From Marsupella aquatica (Eukaryota > Plantae > Marchantiophyta), in the NCBI GenBank assembly GCA_973895155.1, contig OZ316896.1, forward strand, positions 7,199,078 to 7,263,077: DNA of 64,000 nucleotides, in the 5' to 3' direction. The notes under the pieces were generated by a model. The model was not told where the DNA came from and did not search any database. It saw nothing but the letters and a program-made list of their open reading frames with translations. Below are positions 49,501-63,800 of this stretch, one piece after another. A program made the translations under genes and the position numbers. How positions within the stretch are numbered: the first letter of the stretch is position 1; every line of letters begins with the position of its first letter.

Positions 49501-50199
49501 GGGTATGATAGCCATGACAGAAAACAGAAAATAGAAAACCTGTTACCAGGAAATTTTTTGCTGTTAACAGTCAAATATAACTGTTACCAGTAAGCGATTC
49601 CCTGTTACCAGTTTTGCATCAACCATAGCCCTTTGGTCCGAATGAAAAACTACGCTAATCACAAAAATTTTCTGAAGTGAATTAGGTTTAAAACAAACAA
49701 TTATTGTGTGCCATCCGATGGATGAAGAGTACTAGCAATCCTCCCTTGCAACAACATTTTGGTCTGGAAGATAACTGAACACGGTATGGGGACTATACTC
49801 AATGAAACATTCATTCAAATATTACTATTTGTCCAAGCTAAAAAGTGAACCTTAGGGTGGGACCCACCACAGAACAAGTGAAGAGTAGTGTCCAAATGAA
49901 CTCAATCAAAATGAGTTCACTTAAATGGATCGAGTACCATGACAAACAAATGACAAAACACCTCCTAACGATTTATTTCAGAATAATTGAATAAACGTGG
50001 CTTGAAAGATAAAACAGAATGATATCAACTTACACATTTTAAATAAAACATAGTGTAATGCTTACACTACACGCGTACATAATAAAAGCAGCGCCCGACG
50101 CTAACCAAAAAATACTGAATAAAACAAGTAACATATCCGTTGGGTAAAGACAAAATAGTGACTATCCGTTACATTGAACGACCTATACGGAAGTTTTGG

Positions 50200-50800
50200 C
50201 CCCTATTATAAGCCATTCAAGTTCTGCCTCTCCAAGACAAGCCTGACTTCACCCACAGTCAAAATTGGTTGGCTACAAAGAGTCGACTCCTCAACCTCAA
50301 GTTTGAAAACATTTATGTACACCCAGTATAGATGTTTACAAGGCATGTACGACTTGCCACGCAAATGTCATAGGAAGAAGTCCTCACAAGAGCAAGCAGG
50401 GAAGATACAGATTTGCACGAAGTACGTGCTTGGTGATCGAAGGTTCTCATGGGTTCGAATTCGAAATTGCTTTCCAAAAGCATTTCCAGTCCGAACATTC
50501 CATTCCCCATCCAAACTCATCTCTTCTTGTCGTGCAGACTCCATTCGCTTAGTGTGACCCACAGTGAGATTAGACCGAGGTCTTGAGTTCCTCCCATTCC
50601 GACTACCCAGCCGGACATTTGGCTCCAAAAACCTTATTGTTTTTGGGAACACGTTCTGTGACACCAATGACATGGTCCTGGGTAATTGTAACGTGCGAGC
50701 AAACAGTAGAATTTTTGCTCGCACGGGCAAGATGTCACCTTGTATTGGGGCCCAAAAAAGGTCTGGAATATTCCTCGCTAGCATGGAGACCTTGTTCGAT
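50200..50800 (-). pseudogene. Second, degenerate SWIM zinc-finger ORF
   Basis: YFVQICIFPACSCEDFFL*HLRGKSYMPCKHLYWVY, paralogous to 52487-52996. Confidence 0.75.
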
Positions 50801-51434
50801 CAATAAATATAGACGGCTACCCATGGACGATTCTAGTCCCGTGAACGCAATAGATCAAAATGACATATCTTCAGGCCAGCGAAATCGCTAGTCTAATGAT
50901 GCCAACACATTGAGCCAATCATACGAGGTACGGTCTCCACGTACAGGCTTCCACATGTGAAAATTCCCACCCAAGGAAGAGTAATAACAAAAAAGTACTT
51001 CGCGATTCCCGCGTGGAAAGAATCAACGTGTCATTACTACCGAGGAAAGGAGGATTAAGGCCGTTTGGACACTAATTAAGTCACTTGCAAGTGAACGGGA
51101 CACTTACCGTTCGAACCAGACTCGAATCCAAGGCGTCGAACCGTCCACTTAAACAAATCCGCTAGCCCAAAACCACCAGTCTTCCAAATCATTCGCCCGA
51201 TCACTTCCACCGCGTCCGACTTCATCTCTTTCATTCGGAACTGCTATCAGTGTTCCAAGTTCTCAACACTCTCCAGATCTAGTTCAGGTAAGCGTGGGTC
51301 TATTCTCTGAGCTGTTTTAAGGGAAGAACTCTTCGACAAGGCATGATATTCATCGTATTACATCGTGAATAATGTTTCGATTTGTTGAATCCTGTTCTCT
51401 TTAATCACTGTTTGGGTTTCGTAACTGCAGAGAA

Positions 51435-51863
51435 ATGTCTGGTGTTCCAAGCAATCCTCCTCACGGGAAATGGCGACTTGAGATCCGTCGTTACAACCCG
51501 GCGACAGATGGCCCGCTTGAAGATGACTCTCCTCCAAAGCAGAAACCCGATGCAGAGACTATGAAGGTCTCCTCAGGCAGCAGTGTCCAAACCGAACTTG
51601 GTCAATCCGTTGGATCGTCATCATCATTGAGGAGAACACCTACTCCTCCAAAGTTAATTCCAGCAGCAAAGTCTCCACCGAAGCCAAAGGTGGATACCAC
51701 ACAGTACGAGGTTGTATCGAAGAGGAAGAGGCACGCAGAAGAGGATCAGTATTGGATTGACAGGGAGATCTATGACTACTGGACTGAGGAATGCCTCGCC
51801 TCTTCGGATTACGATTCTGAGTCAGACACTGACTCCGATGCATGGAAGGCGTCCAGCCCCTGA
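51435..51863 (+). CDS. Unknown 142-aa accessory ORF with a probable 5'-UTR intron (51288-51430)
   Basis: CAG|GTAAGC donor and TGCAG acceptor 4 nt before the ATG; NLS-like KRKRH; acidic tail. Confidence 0.5.
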   Translation: MSGVPSNPPHGKWRLEIRRYNPATDGPLEDDSPPKQKPDAETMKVSSGSSVQTELGQSVGSSSSLRRTPTPPKLIPAAKSPPKPKVDTTQYEVVSKRKRHAEEDQYWIDREIYDYWTEECLASSDYDSESDTDSDAWKASSP

Positions 51864-52486
51864 GAGTAGAGTCAGGTTGTGGATTTACTGAAATTTTTGT
51901 AGTTACAAGCGAACCGCATGTCCTCATGTACTTTCAATATGTATGAGAAGTAAAGTTTGGGTGGTCCTTTCATTTCTATGTGTTTCTCTGGAATGCCATT
52001 TCGCACATAGTACTTTTATTTTGAAGTCACTGTTGGACCTTTCCCAGACTAGCGATATCGCTAGTATAGAACTGTGTTCATCTTTGAAAATCAATTCGAT
52101 CGAGTATTACCACAACAACTTCAGGGGAAACTTCCCTCCCTAAACCCTAAACATCCTGTCACATCCTGTCCTAAATTCCGTTGATCAGACTAGCGATCTC
52201 GCTAGCCAAAAACTGGCATCATTTTAATGATCAAACCGTGAACTCTATAGAAACTTGTCGATAGGTTAACACGTCTGAAAGTAGGATGTTTCTGTCAGGA
52301 TGCAGCAGACTTCCTAAGACTAGAGAGATCGCTAAACGTAAACAGAAAACTCAAACACCATAAAAGTTACCATTATGGACCTCGCTAACATTATGATTCA
52401 CTCGGTGAAAACAAATTGATATTTGTGAAACCACAAACTCGAGTAATCCATCCCACCACCCTATAATTAGCATCTCCAATAAACGA

Positions 52487-54591
52487 CTAGTCCCTTATCT
52501 GTAACGGAATTAAACTCCTCACTTCCCCAACAGTCAAAATTGGCTGTTTGACAAGGTCGTCCTTCTCTAGGTTGAGTGAAAACTTGTTTAAATACACCCA
52601 CAGCAGATGTTTACAAGACATGTATGGTTTCCCTCGTGTATGCCTCTTATAAAAGTCTTCACAAGAACACGAAGGGAAACAACAGATTTGCACCCAATAT
52701 GTGTGCGGAACTTGTGAATCAGTCTCGTGAGTGGCGATCAAGTATCTCCAACCCCATCCATTTCCGGTAGTTACCTTCTCATTTCCGACAACTCTCATGT
52801 ATTCTTGTGTAGCGGAAACGATGCGCTTGAGCAACTCTGGAGTATTGCTGAAACGCTGTCTTGCACCCTTACCATTTTGGGTTTTCAACCGACGGTCCAC
52901 ATTAGTTAGATCAATTCGTTCGGGGAATGAGTTAACATCAATTCGTAGGTTGACCCGATTGGGGGACGGGAACTCTCCAACTTGATTTGCATCCACATAG
53001 GAGAGTCCACTGATCTAGAATCCTAATCCCAGCAGAAACTCTATCTCGGGATGGGAGAGGCAAGTCCCACGCTGAACCTTGAGCAACTCGGGTGGGGGGG
53101 GTAGTTGAGCTAGAGTTCTGCGTCCTCGGCTCTTCTGACACTTATTATTAGGACATAAGTACAACAACTGGCGATGTGGAGACGATAATCGCAACCCGTG
53201 AATGGTGACTCCAACAATTCCCCCTTGCGCGGACTTACATCTAGTCTCCTTGATGAGATTTCTACATTCATCTCTTCCAAAAATGCTTCGGTCAACCGAC
53301 CCGTTGCAAACAGGTCCAGCACCTCTACCGCTCCGCCTGAGATGCCAGGTCCCATAAGGAACATCAACCTCTCGGATGGAAGGGATCCTTTGGGGGGCAT
53401 CCCGATGGTCATCCCCGACATCACACTGAGGTTGAGTCCCCATCTTCACGGTATCATTGACATTACGACTTGCATCATCACCATCATCATCTGAAATATG
53501 GATAACTCCAGCAGAACTACCTCCGACAGGTGTTGCCGAAGTTGTATTATTTGCTACTTCTGGGTCCGCAGAAGTCTGTGAAACATTGATGAAGCGAAAT
53601 TCAGGATAGAGATTACGCCTTTTTAGTCCTGAAGGAGAAGCTGTTGTGCGTGACACCTTGTCATGTCTGTGGGAGTCATTCTCGTGGATTACAGCTGAAG
53701 CTTTCCCTTTCCTCTTCGTGGATGTTGTTCGGAGATCGCCATGTAATGGAACTGTTCTATAGAATTCATACTTAGCTGAAGACTCAAGCAAAAGATTTGC
53801 TGCCTTTTCGTAAGCATCCATGGATCCCATAGCATCGGCGTTCCTATATGCTAATTCAAAAATGATCGGCCCCTGGCCTCTGTGAACACCTTCACTGTAG
53901 GCAGTAAAAGCAGCAATTTGCCCCGCAGCACGATTCTGGTCCACCTCACATGCTTCAATCAATCCCACTAGTTTCTTCATTTGGCAGGATCTCATGGATG
54001 CATGGACTGATTCCGCTCCAGTACAATTTGGCATCAAGGCTGACTCCATTGCGGTTTGCGTCTGCGAAAAAGTAGTCCCCAGTCAGACCTGATATGCTAG
54101 CGAGGTCGCTAGCAAAAACAATGACGTCAAAGATAAATGAAATTGGACACTTACAACGCGGATGAAGTTCCCCCACTGCCTCCACCTCACGACCCACCAA
54201 GATAACCATCCTTGGAGAGACTTCAATTTCCCAGCATAGCAATATCCTTCCTTCCACCAACGATGGATTTCGTCAGCAACACGGTAGGCCTGAACATATG
54301 TTGGTGCTGTTCTCAGCCTTTCCCACAATTTATAGTGCTCTCGATGGCGATCTTCCCGAATACCCTCCAATGTGTGACGACGAAGAGATTGAGCAAAGTG
54401 AAAGGCGTCACTGTGCTCCTTCTGTGGGTGACGGACACCTCCAAAAAAAACATTTCGAATGGCGATCCATCCAGCCTCGGCATTATCGGCAATAAATCCT
54501 CCAATGAGTGGGTCATGCACACCATGATCAGAGGCAACTTCAATCATATATCTCCATGCGATTTCAAGAGATAAGGAGTCCTCCGCACGGA
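52487..54591 (-). pseudogene. MULE-type DDE transposase C-terminal part with SWIM finger; intron ~54062-54154, in-frame stop at 53017
   Basis: FIADNAEAGWIAIRNVF..H..AFHFAQ (MULE core), AESVHASMR (catalytic E region), and CSC..CKH SWIM; GT-AG splice sites. Confidence 0.75.
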
Positions 54592-57500
54592 TGTCAAACA
54601 CTTGCCAAGGAGCTTAAGCGGCTTTTCTCCCCAAAAGACTACCTAATACCTGCTCCATGTCATACCAGGGTCACAAAGGATTGACAAAACTTCTGAAGTG
54701 TGCTTACAATGTCCAATCACTCCATACATAAGTAGTTTCAACTCTCCACTTCTAGAGAGGTAGTCCCCTTGACTACTTTTGTACTCACCCCTTCCCCTCT
54801 CCTCTACTCCAAGGATCAGCAAGGGGGATCTCCGCTCCAAGCTGTCACCTTAGAGTAGATTCTCACACAAACACCCAAGAACCCAAAGTACTTTCCTCTT
54901 CAAGCTTAAGTCTCCTCAAGACCCTCAAAGTAGTGTTACCCCTCAACCTTGCCCCCCTGGCCTTGGTTTGGGTCCACACATCCCCTTTGAGCCCTAGAGA
55001 AGGCTCCTCTATCTAAGGACTCTTCCTCTTGTTCTTACTTCTTGTTAACACCACACACCAAGCAAAGTACTTTCCACCCTCAAGCTATAATCCTCTCTAA
55101 GTCTCAAAGTAATGCTATACCTTAACCTTGCCTCCTTGGCCTTGGTTTTGTACTAGCACATCCCCTTCAAGCTTAGACCAAGATTATACCATAGCATGGA
55201 CTCTTCTCTTGCTCTCATATACTTCAAATGCACTCACACTTAATGGTCACAATGAAGATTGGTAAGTCTCCTTTTATTGCATCACCTTTACAACAAAAGT
55301 TCACTACACATTCTCCACACTAAGCATGGACCACCTCTCCTTTCTCAAGCTTAGCCCTACCTTGGCAAGGTAGAGATTTCACTTAAGAGATGAGACTCCC
55401 GGTCCCTAACAAATGAAAACTTCCTCCTTATATACTATCTCCTTCCACATCACACCAAGCTTGACCTGGGGTCCAACTATACCTCCCCCAAGTCCTCCTA
55501 ACACACAAAGTCCAACTCTATAGTTCATAGCCCACCCTACTACTTGCTATTTTGCCTCCTTCCAAGCCCTGGAATATGCCACACATGAGTGGTATGCTTT
55601 GACTTCCAAACCTACTCCCACTTATGGTCCTCCTCACCAGCTTACCAACCCACTTGAAATCTCGCAAAAAGAGTGAGTGAGTCTCAAGTTGTGCCTAGTC
55701 AAAGTTGGCCTTATTTTACTTGTAACCCCTTTACTACCCTAAGTAAACTACCCCCTATATTTACTTTTCTTAACTTGATGGCCTTACACCTTTGGCCAAA
55801 GGTAAGTACCCTTCTCTAGAGCCTAACTCAAGTGGTATGGGTGCAAGAAAGGTCAGCCCCTAAATCTGGTATTCATTCCCCTATGCCGACTTTGGTTTGC
55901 AAGTTGTCGGGACTCCCTCGTGGCCTCGGTTAAAAATATATTTGAGTGATTACTTTTCTGGGGTTCCACCTTCACCAGGGGGTGCCTTATCTTCCCCTAA
56001 CTCAGCACAAAAAAATTTGGGCCCCAACGGATACCTCTAGCCAAAGTTATGCCCATTCTCCCAAGGCCTGTTTTTGGTGTAAAGCGGGTGTAAGCGGCGG
56101 CCCGATTACACTTACCTTACATGCCCCTTATGGGGATTCCACGTGTCATGAGGGGAGAGCACTCTCATTATACTCATGTTTCTTATGAAGAAATTGTAAG
56201 GACAGCAATGTTTGCAGCCATTTCTCTCTCGTGAATTCAATCTAAAACCACAGCATTCTCTATTGGATTCTTTCTTGTGCAGCAGTCCAGCTGATCAGCC
56301 GCCAGCCCCTCAATTTCACAGCCACCATAGCTCACAGCCAGCCTAGTCAATTTCGCAGCTAGCCCACCTCTTCAATTTTGCCGCTAGCAACACAGTCAAT
56401 TTCGCAGCTAGCAGCACAGTCACATCAGCGCATTTACAGCACAACAACAGCAGATTTGAAGCACAGCAGCAGCAACCATAGCTTGATTCCTTCTCAGTCA
56501 AGCAGGTCTCTCTTCTCAATTTCGTAGCTGCCCACCTTTGCAATTTCGCAGCTAGCAGCAGCATCATTCAATTCAGCAGCATCAAGGCAGCAGCCAGCCA
56601 ATTCTCATGAGCATCTCGTGCCTGATTAGTAGGAGCACCTCTAATCTAGTGTGCAGCTGTCATAGCAGCAAGCAGCCTTCCCAATTCAAAGCCAGCAGCG
56701 ATCCTAATTTGCAGCCATAGCTCTTTTCCTTCTCAGCAGCCATAGCTTCTTCAATCAGCAACAGCCCTTGCTTCTTCAATCAGCAGCAGCCATTTCAATT
56801 CAGCCGCCCTTCCTTCAATTCAGCCGCCCTTCCTTCAATTCAGCCGCCCTTGTGCTCAATTGATTCCTCAAGTAATCATGCAGCACCTTTGGACAGCCTC
56901 CCGGTGCTTGACGTCCTCACCAGCCTCGTGCTTGCTCCTCCTTGCCTCGTGCTCGCTCCTCCTTGCCTCGTGCTCGCCGCGTGATCGTCGCCCACGCGGT
57001 TTACACTTAGAAAAAAATACATTTTTTTTTGGAAAAACAGCATTTTGGGGCGATTTTGGACCCCCCTCCAAAACTCACACATAAGTCCAAAAGGACTTCT
57101 GAGTAGCTCCACTGATTCTATGGACATAGGACTATGTCCGGGTTTACTAAGATATAAACAAAACCCTATAACAACTTTTCTAAAATTAGGCAAAGAGGGT
57201 CAAGTCTTTATGTCTTCCAAAATTCTTCTCAACTTTGAGATGCTCCCAAAAAGTAACCAAGTGTGACAAAGTTGTCCCACAAGTTTCTAGGGATAGAGGG
57301 GACCATACTTAACCCACTTCCAAACTTGGAACCCCTACATTTACCCATCAGCTATTTTTCCCGGGACCCGCTATTTGGTAACTTTGATTTTTGCCAAAAT
57401 ACTTATAACTCCTAGGTTAAGACCCCACTTGACTTCATACTTTTTCAGGGTTCCCTAGGGACCTCCCAGCACCCATGGGAGAAATATCAGCCAAAAATAA

Positions 57501-57774
57501 GATGTCCGGTGTCGGGTCATTTTTCGGTCCCGACTTAGTCGCCTATTATAACTAAGGACGGACTAGTTTCCTGCCCCTCCTATAGTAACTTGCTTACCCC
57601 TAGATAACTTTGCATAACTAAATTCCCTCTTACCTCTACTAAGCTTCCCTTCTTACTTAAGTGCCCTAAACCTAGCTACTCTGATAGCACTAAAACTTTT
57701 TCCCTAACTATTTCCTCTTCTAAACGAAAGAATGTCATGTTTCTCTACACTAGCTGACACTGAGCCATCCCACA
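54592..57774 (-). repeat. Family D 3' LTR (3183 bp, no long ORF)
   Basis: TG...CA ends shared with both D solo LTRs. Confidence 0.92.
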
Positions 57775-57789
57775 TAGCCCCCTACTTAA
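57775..57789 (-). other. Polypurine tract of D
   Basis: ttaagtagggggcta on the minus strand directly before the LTR TGTGGG. Confidence 0.85.
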
Positions 57790-57814
57790 GTGTGCAGCGT
57801 CCCCGCAAACACAC

Positions 57815-60800
57815 TTATTCCTGATTAAAGTACCTTTTCAACCTATCATGATGCACTCTAGTAGGGAACACCTCTCCTTCAAGAGTAGCAAGCTGAATTG
57901 ACCCATTAGCATAAACCTGGTGAACAACATAAGGACCCAACCACCGAGTATGCAACTTGCCTGGAAAATGAGCATACCTACTGTCATAGAGTAATACCAG
58001 TTGTCCAGCAAGTAAAGAAGTTGGCTTCTTCAACTTCTTGTCATGATGTTGCTTCACTTGAGCTTGCTTCTTCTTCACTTGCTTGCTTGCCTCTTCCCGG
58101 ATTTCCTCCAACTCCTCCAGCTGGTAAGCTCTCTCCATTAAACTCTGGTCAGCCTCCATTCTCTCCTCCACACTTACCCTCAAAGTAGGCACTTCAAACT
58201 CAACAGGTACAAGGGAGTGTTGTCCAAATACTAGGTAGAAAGGACTATGGCCGGTTGTGGTCTTGAAAGCAAGGTTGTAGGAGTACACAGCTGAGTATAA
58301 TTTGTCATCCCAATCAGTCTTGTGTGCCGCCACGGTTTTGTTCAAGATCTTGCCAATGATGCCATTAGCTCTCTCCGTTAATCCATTGGCCTTGGGGTGA
58401 TAGGGGGTGGTCTTCCTATGCTTAATCAAGTAATGGTTAGTGAGCTCCTCCACAACTTCATTCAAGAAGTGAGTCCCCCTATCACTAACCAGCTCTAGAG
58501 GTGGCCCAAATCTGGTAAAAATCTGTTGATACATGAACCTTGCTACTGTGAGAGCATTATCCTTGCTGGTTGGTCTTGCCTCTACCCACTTAGTAGCATA
58601 ATCAGTTGCAAGAAGGATGTATCGATTCCTTCTAGACCTGGTCACAGGAGTGATGGGACCTATGAAATCTATACCCCACTTCTCAAAAGGTGCAAGAGGT
58701 AAGATGGTGGTAAGAGGGTGATGCCTTGAGTGAGCTGGCTTACCTGTCCTTTGGCAAGGGTCACATCCCCTCACAAAAAGACTTACATCCTTATGAAGTG
58801 TTGGCCACCAATACCCTGCATCAAGAATTTTCCTTGCTGTTGTTGCACTTGCATAATGGCCACCAGCCTCCTCCTCATGCATAGCTCTCATCACAATGGA
58901 GATTTCCTTCTTCTCCAAACACCTCCTTAGTCTCCCATCAACTCCTTCCTTGTGAAGGACACCCTTCACCAATAAGTAAGGTCTGATTTTTCTCAGGAAA
59001 ACAGCAGCCTCCTCTTGGTTCAAATCTCTTGGTAGCCGGGTTGTGAGAAGAAATTGGATGATATCCAAATACCATGTATCTCCTCCACTTCCCACATGAA
59101 AGAGGTCTTCATCTGGAAACTGATCATCCACCTCCTTCAAGTCCTCTTCTCCTTCAATCCTTGAGAAGAAGTCTGCATTCCCATGCTTCTTACCAGGCCT
59201 GACCCTCACCTCATAATCAAACTCTTGGAGCAACAAGATCCACCTTGCCACTCTACCAGTTACATCAGGTTTATTCACCATATACTTGAGAGCATTGTGA
59301 TCAGTATGAAAGACCACCTTATAGCCCAACAAGTAGTGCCTAAACTTCTTACAAGAGTAGATGATTCCTAGAGCTTCTCTATCGGTTGGTGAGTAATTCT
59401 TTTCAGCTGGTGCCAATAGTCTACTTGCAAAGTAGATAGGGTGATCCCTATTCTGGTCATCAAGTTGACTAAGCACCACACCAATACAAAAGCCAGACAC
59501 ATCCACATACACATGAAATTCTCTACTCCAATCTGGTGCTATCAAGATAGGGGCTTCAACCAACCTGTTCTTCAACTCCTGAAAACTTGCTAGCCTCTCA
59601 ACTGAGGGTTCAACCTCAGCCCCCTTCTTAAGCATGCTGGTTAGGGGTAAAGCTACTTTAGCAAAGTCCTTAATGAACCTTCTATAGTAGTTTAAACATC
59701 CCAAGAATCCCCTCAACTCTGTCACTGAAGTTGGAAACTTGACAGCCATCCAAACAGCAACCTTCTCTTGGTCCACTTCTATGCCCTTCTTGGATACCTT
59801 GTGGCCAAGTAGTATCCCTTCTTCCACACCAAAGAAGCACTTCCCTGGGTGAAGCTTCAAACCAACTTCCCTACATCTTTGGAAGGTCATCCTCAAATGT
59901 TCAACATGGTCCTTCCCCCTTCCAAAAACAGCAAAGTCATCTATGAATACTTCCAAGAACTTTCTCAAGTAGTCATGAAAGATATTCATCATCAACCTTT
60001 GGAACATACCAGGGGCATTACAAAGACCAAAAGGCATCCTCCGAAAGGCATAAATCCCCCACTCAGTAGTAAAGGCTGTCTTCAACTGGTCCTCCTTCCT
60101 TATCCAAATCTGGTTGTAACCTGAGTACCCATCTAGGAAGCTATACACTTCCCAACCAGCTACTAAATCAAGTACCATATCAGTAAATGGAATGGGATAG
60201 TGGTCCTTCTTAGTGGCCTCATTGAGTTTCCTAAAGTCTTGGCAAACTCGGATCTTAGGCTTACCATCCAAGCCTGGTTTCTTTGGTACTATGACAATTG
60301 GAGAAACCCACTCACTATTCAACACAGGATAGATGAAACCTGCTTCCAGCAATTTGTCTATCTCTTCCTTCACCATCAAGGAGTACTTGGGATTCATCCG
60401 ATATTGCCTTTGTCTCACAGGTGAAGCTCCTAGCATCAAGTCGATTCTATGCTCACCAAGTTCAGGGTTTACACCAGTAAGATCCAAGTGACTCCAAGCA
60501 AACACATCCACATATTCACCTAGCAAATCTTGGATAGTTTTCTCTTCACCTGATCCCAGGGCATTTCCCAAGTTGAAGGTCTTGTCTTGCTGGACAGAGA
60601 TGGTTCTGTACTGCTCAGCTCGAATCACCTCCATCTTGTTCCTCATTGTGGAGTCAAAAGTGCCCTCAAGTTGTGCCAACCTCATGCCTCCATAGACGGG
60701 TGCATTTTCAGCACTTAACTCCTCCTTCTCCTTGCTTGAATGCTGGTCTTCCTGAGTCTCATCCTCCTCTGAGTTTGCAGCCTTCAATTGGTCCTCTAGC

Positions 60801-63800
60801 TCCTTTATCTTGAGCTTTAACAAGGCTAAGTGCTTAGCCTTTAACCTCTGGTCATTACTCCTTGTCTTGATCTCAACTTGGGCAGCACCCTTGCTGGTCT
60901 GATCAACCTCCTGAGCCATTGTGATAGTGTCTTCTTGGTTGCTCTCCTTGGCTGAGGTCTCAGCCTGCTTCACCTCCTCGAGACTGGTCACTTCACTGAG
61001 ACTGGGCAGAGGTGAATGGCTGGTAAGAGCCTCCTGCTCTTGCTCCTCTCCAAACACTTCTTCTTCAGTCCATTGGCTCACCATGTTCAACATGTATACC
61101 TCATCCTCATCAGATTCAGATTTGGTACTCAACTCATCGGAAAGTTCAGAATCATATTCATCCAACTCATCAGTAGTCTCTCCTTGATGCTTGTCATGAC
61201 CCCATGAAACTGAAGTGGCTGGTTTGCCAAACCTAAACTCCTTCTTGCCCCAATCAGACACTACTTTGGCTCCATATAGCCAAGGCCTCCCAATCAAGAT
61301 TGGGTAAGTAGATGGCCTTGCTGGTCTCATCACCAAGTAATTCAACAAGAACTCCTGCCCCCCAATGAGAGTAGGTACTTGAGTAAGTGTCCCCACCGGT
61401 AGCACTCTTGCTCCATTTGCTAGCCTCATTGTCCTTGCTGTTGGCTGAAGTTTCTTGAAACCTAGTTGTTGGGCAGTAGCCTCAATCATGATATTCACAC
61501 CTGAGCCTCCATCAACTGGTACATACGAGAGTACACACCCATTTACTTGAACATCAATCTCAGGTGCTCCAAGGTCTTCACAAACCATCATCACATCAGC
61601 TGGGGTACCAACCTTTGGAAGCTTCCTTCTTCTCCTTCCTACCAACATCTCCTTCAGTTGCCTCCTATACAAAGGGTTGTCTTTGATCAGCTGCCCCACT
61701 GTAGCAGTAACCAAACAATCTTTCACATCCTTCTTGATGTCATAAGAGGGTACCTTGCTGGTCTCTTTCTTCTCTTCCACCTCAGCTTTTTCCTTCAAAG
61801 CTTTAGCAACCTTCAGGTCTTTGTTGATGGCCTCTTGATGCTCCTTAGCCTCCATCTCCTCTAGTTGCCTCTTGACTTCCTCATTCACCTTGGGATAGAA
61901 GAGCTTCGGATGGTCTCTCTTGTAGTCACTATCTTCAGCTGGTGGGACTTGAACTTCTGCTCCAACTTCAACTTCGATTGGTGACTCCGTTGAGTGCTCC
62001 TTTCTCTCCTTCCTCTTCTTCCTCTCTTCCACTCTTTCCTTCTTTCTTGTGGACCTGGTAGACACCTTGTAACACACAGCTTCCTCCTCAGGTGTCTCCA
62101 TTCCTGGTAGATCTGGCTGGTTCTCCCCACCAGCAACTTGTGTCACTCCATCTTTGGCCTCCTCTTGCCACTCCATACTCAAGAAGTTCACTGTGGCTTC
62201 ACCGGGAGCCTTGGCAACCGCTGGTGGTGGTGCTTCTATCCTTCCTATCATCATCTTGGCAGCAGATCCAATAGGACAGTTGGCTGTGGTATGACCCTCC
62301 CTTTTGCACACAGCACAAAGAGGATAGGGAGCTCCTTGTCCCTGCCTCCTTGGTTCGGGGCAACTGTTGGAATAGTGCCCTGGTTTTTGACAGTTCCAGC
62401 AGATCACCACGGTAGTTCTTGCCACTCCCCCAGGTCCTTGAGGTCCCATTTGATCCACCATCCTTGGTTGAAGACCAGGCATCAGTTGAGGTGCCATGGG
62501 TGGAGCTGGTCTTCCTTGCAAAGTTCTTGGGCCTCCTGAAATCTGGTACACCATCTCCGGGGCTTCTTCATAGAAGTAGTCCACCACTTCACTTGCTTGA
62601 TAAACATCGTTGGACTCTTCATTGACATACTGAACTTGATTCCTCCAACCTTGACACTCTTGAGGTGTATGGCCAAAACTCTTGCACTTGACACACCATA
62701 CATGGGCTCTATTCACCGGCACTTTTCTCCTATCAGGTTGCACACCAGCAAAGTGAACTGATAGGGCCTTGAGTTGGTTGGTGATCTCACTCATCTTGTT
62801 ATCCATCACCTTCTTCTCCTTGGTTGCTGGTGTAGAACCTTCCACCAAGTTGAAGGTTGCAGATTTGTGGTGCTTACCACCTGGCTTCTTCTTGCTGGCT
62901 CTCCTCTTCTGGTCGCTTTTTCTCTTTGCCTTCTTCTTCTTCTTCTTCTTCTTCTTCTCGGAGTCCTCCTCAGAATCAGATTCTGAATCAGAACTGGAAC
63001 TACTCTCCTCAGATTCCGACTCAGAAGTATCCTCAACTGAACTACTTGATTCACTTGAGCTAGAAGAAGAATCACTATAAGCAAATCGCTTCTTCTTTCT
63101 CCTACTCTTGGAACTAGAGATCTCAGCACTCCTATAAGACTGAGCCGCCTCAATGGCCTCATCCAACGTATTAGGGTGAGATTGCCTTACTGAGACACCC
63201 ATCTTCTTGGGTAGGCTTGCCACAAACCAAGCCAACAACATGGAGTCTACTGGTCTGGGGTCAAGCTTGGTAGCTAACCTTTGAAACCTTTGCAGAAACC
63301 TCCTTACTGACTCCTTGGATCCCATTCTGATCTCTCCCATCTTGATCAGAGCTTCCGATTCTTCTCCCACCTTCCTAAACTCCTGCAAGAATGCTAGCTT
63401 GAAGGCATCCCAATCATTCTTGATGGCATTTGATAGGCTATTGAACCAAGGTCTTGCTTCTCCTCTCAAGACCCCCGCCAAAGTGGTCAACTTAATATCA
63501 AACTCTCCATTGGCTTGGGCTGTCCCAATGAAGTCCTCCAACCAAGCATCAGGATCCTCCTTGGGCTTGCCATGGAATGTCTTGTACTGAAATCTTGCTC
63601 TTTGAGTCACCACCATGGCTGCTTCTTGATCTTCACTTGTGTTGGTAGTGGAAGAAGATGTATCACTCCACCCTACACCAGGTTCCGCTTCAGCTTGCAA
63701 ATGAATGTCCACCCAATCTGGTTGCTCCAACTGGTCACCAAAGTTGAAACTAAGAGAGGCTTCTTTTAGTGCTTGACTCCTTGTAGTGGGCATGCCACTC

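Larger units (their letters stand above)
49500..54591. mobile_element. Mutator-like (MULE) DNA transposon, left part; interrupted by element D
   Basis: Abrupt junction with the B4 LTR at GGGTATGATAG; DDE/SWIM transposase; other end not in the window, so the left boundary is tentative. Confidence 0.6.

Noticed and set aside
58730-63769. Many short ORFs antisense to Gag-Pol and the LTR ORFs
   Set aside because: Shadow frames of real coding sequence with no motifs of their own.
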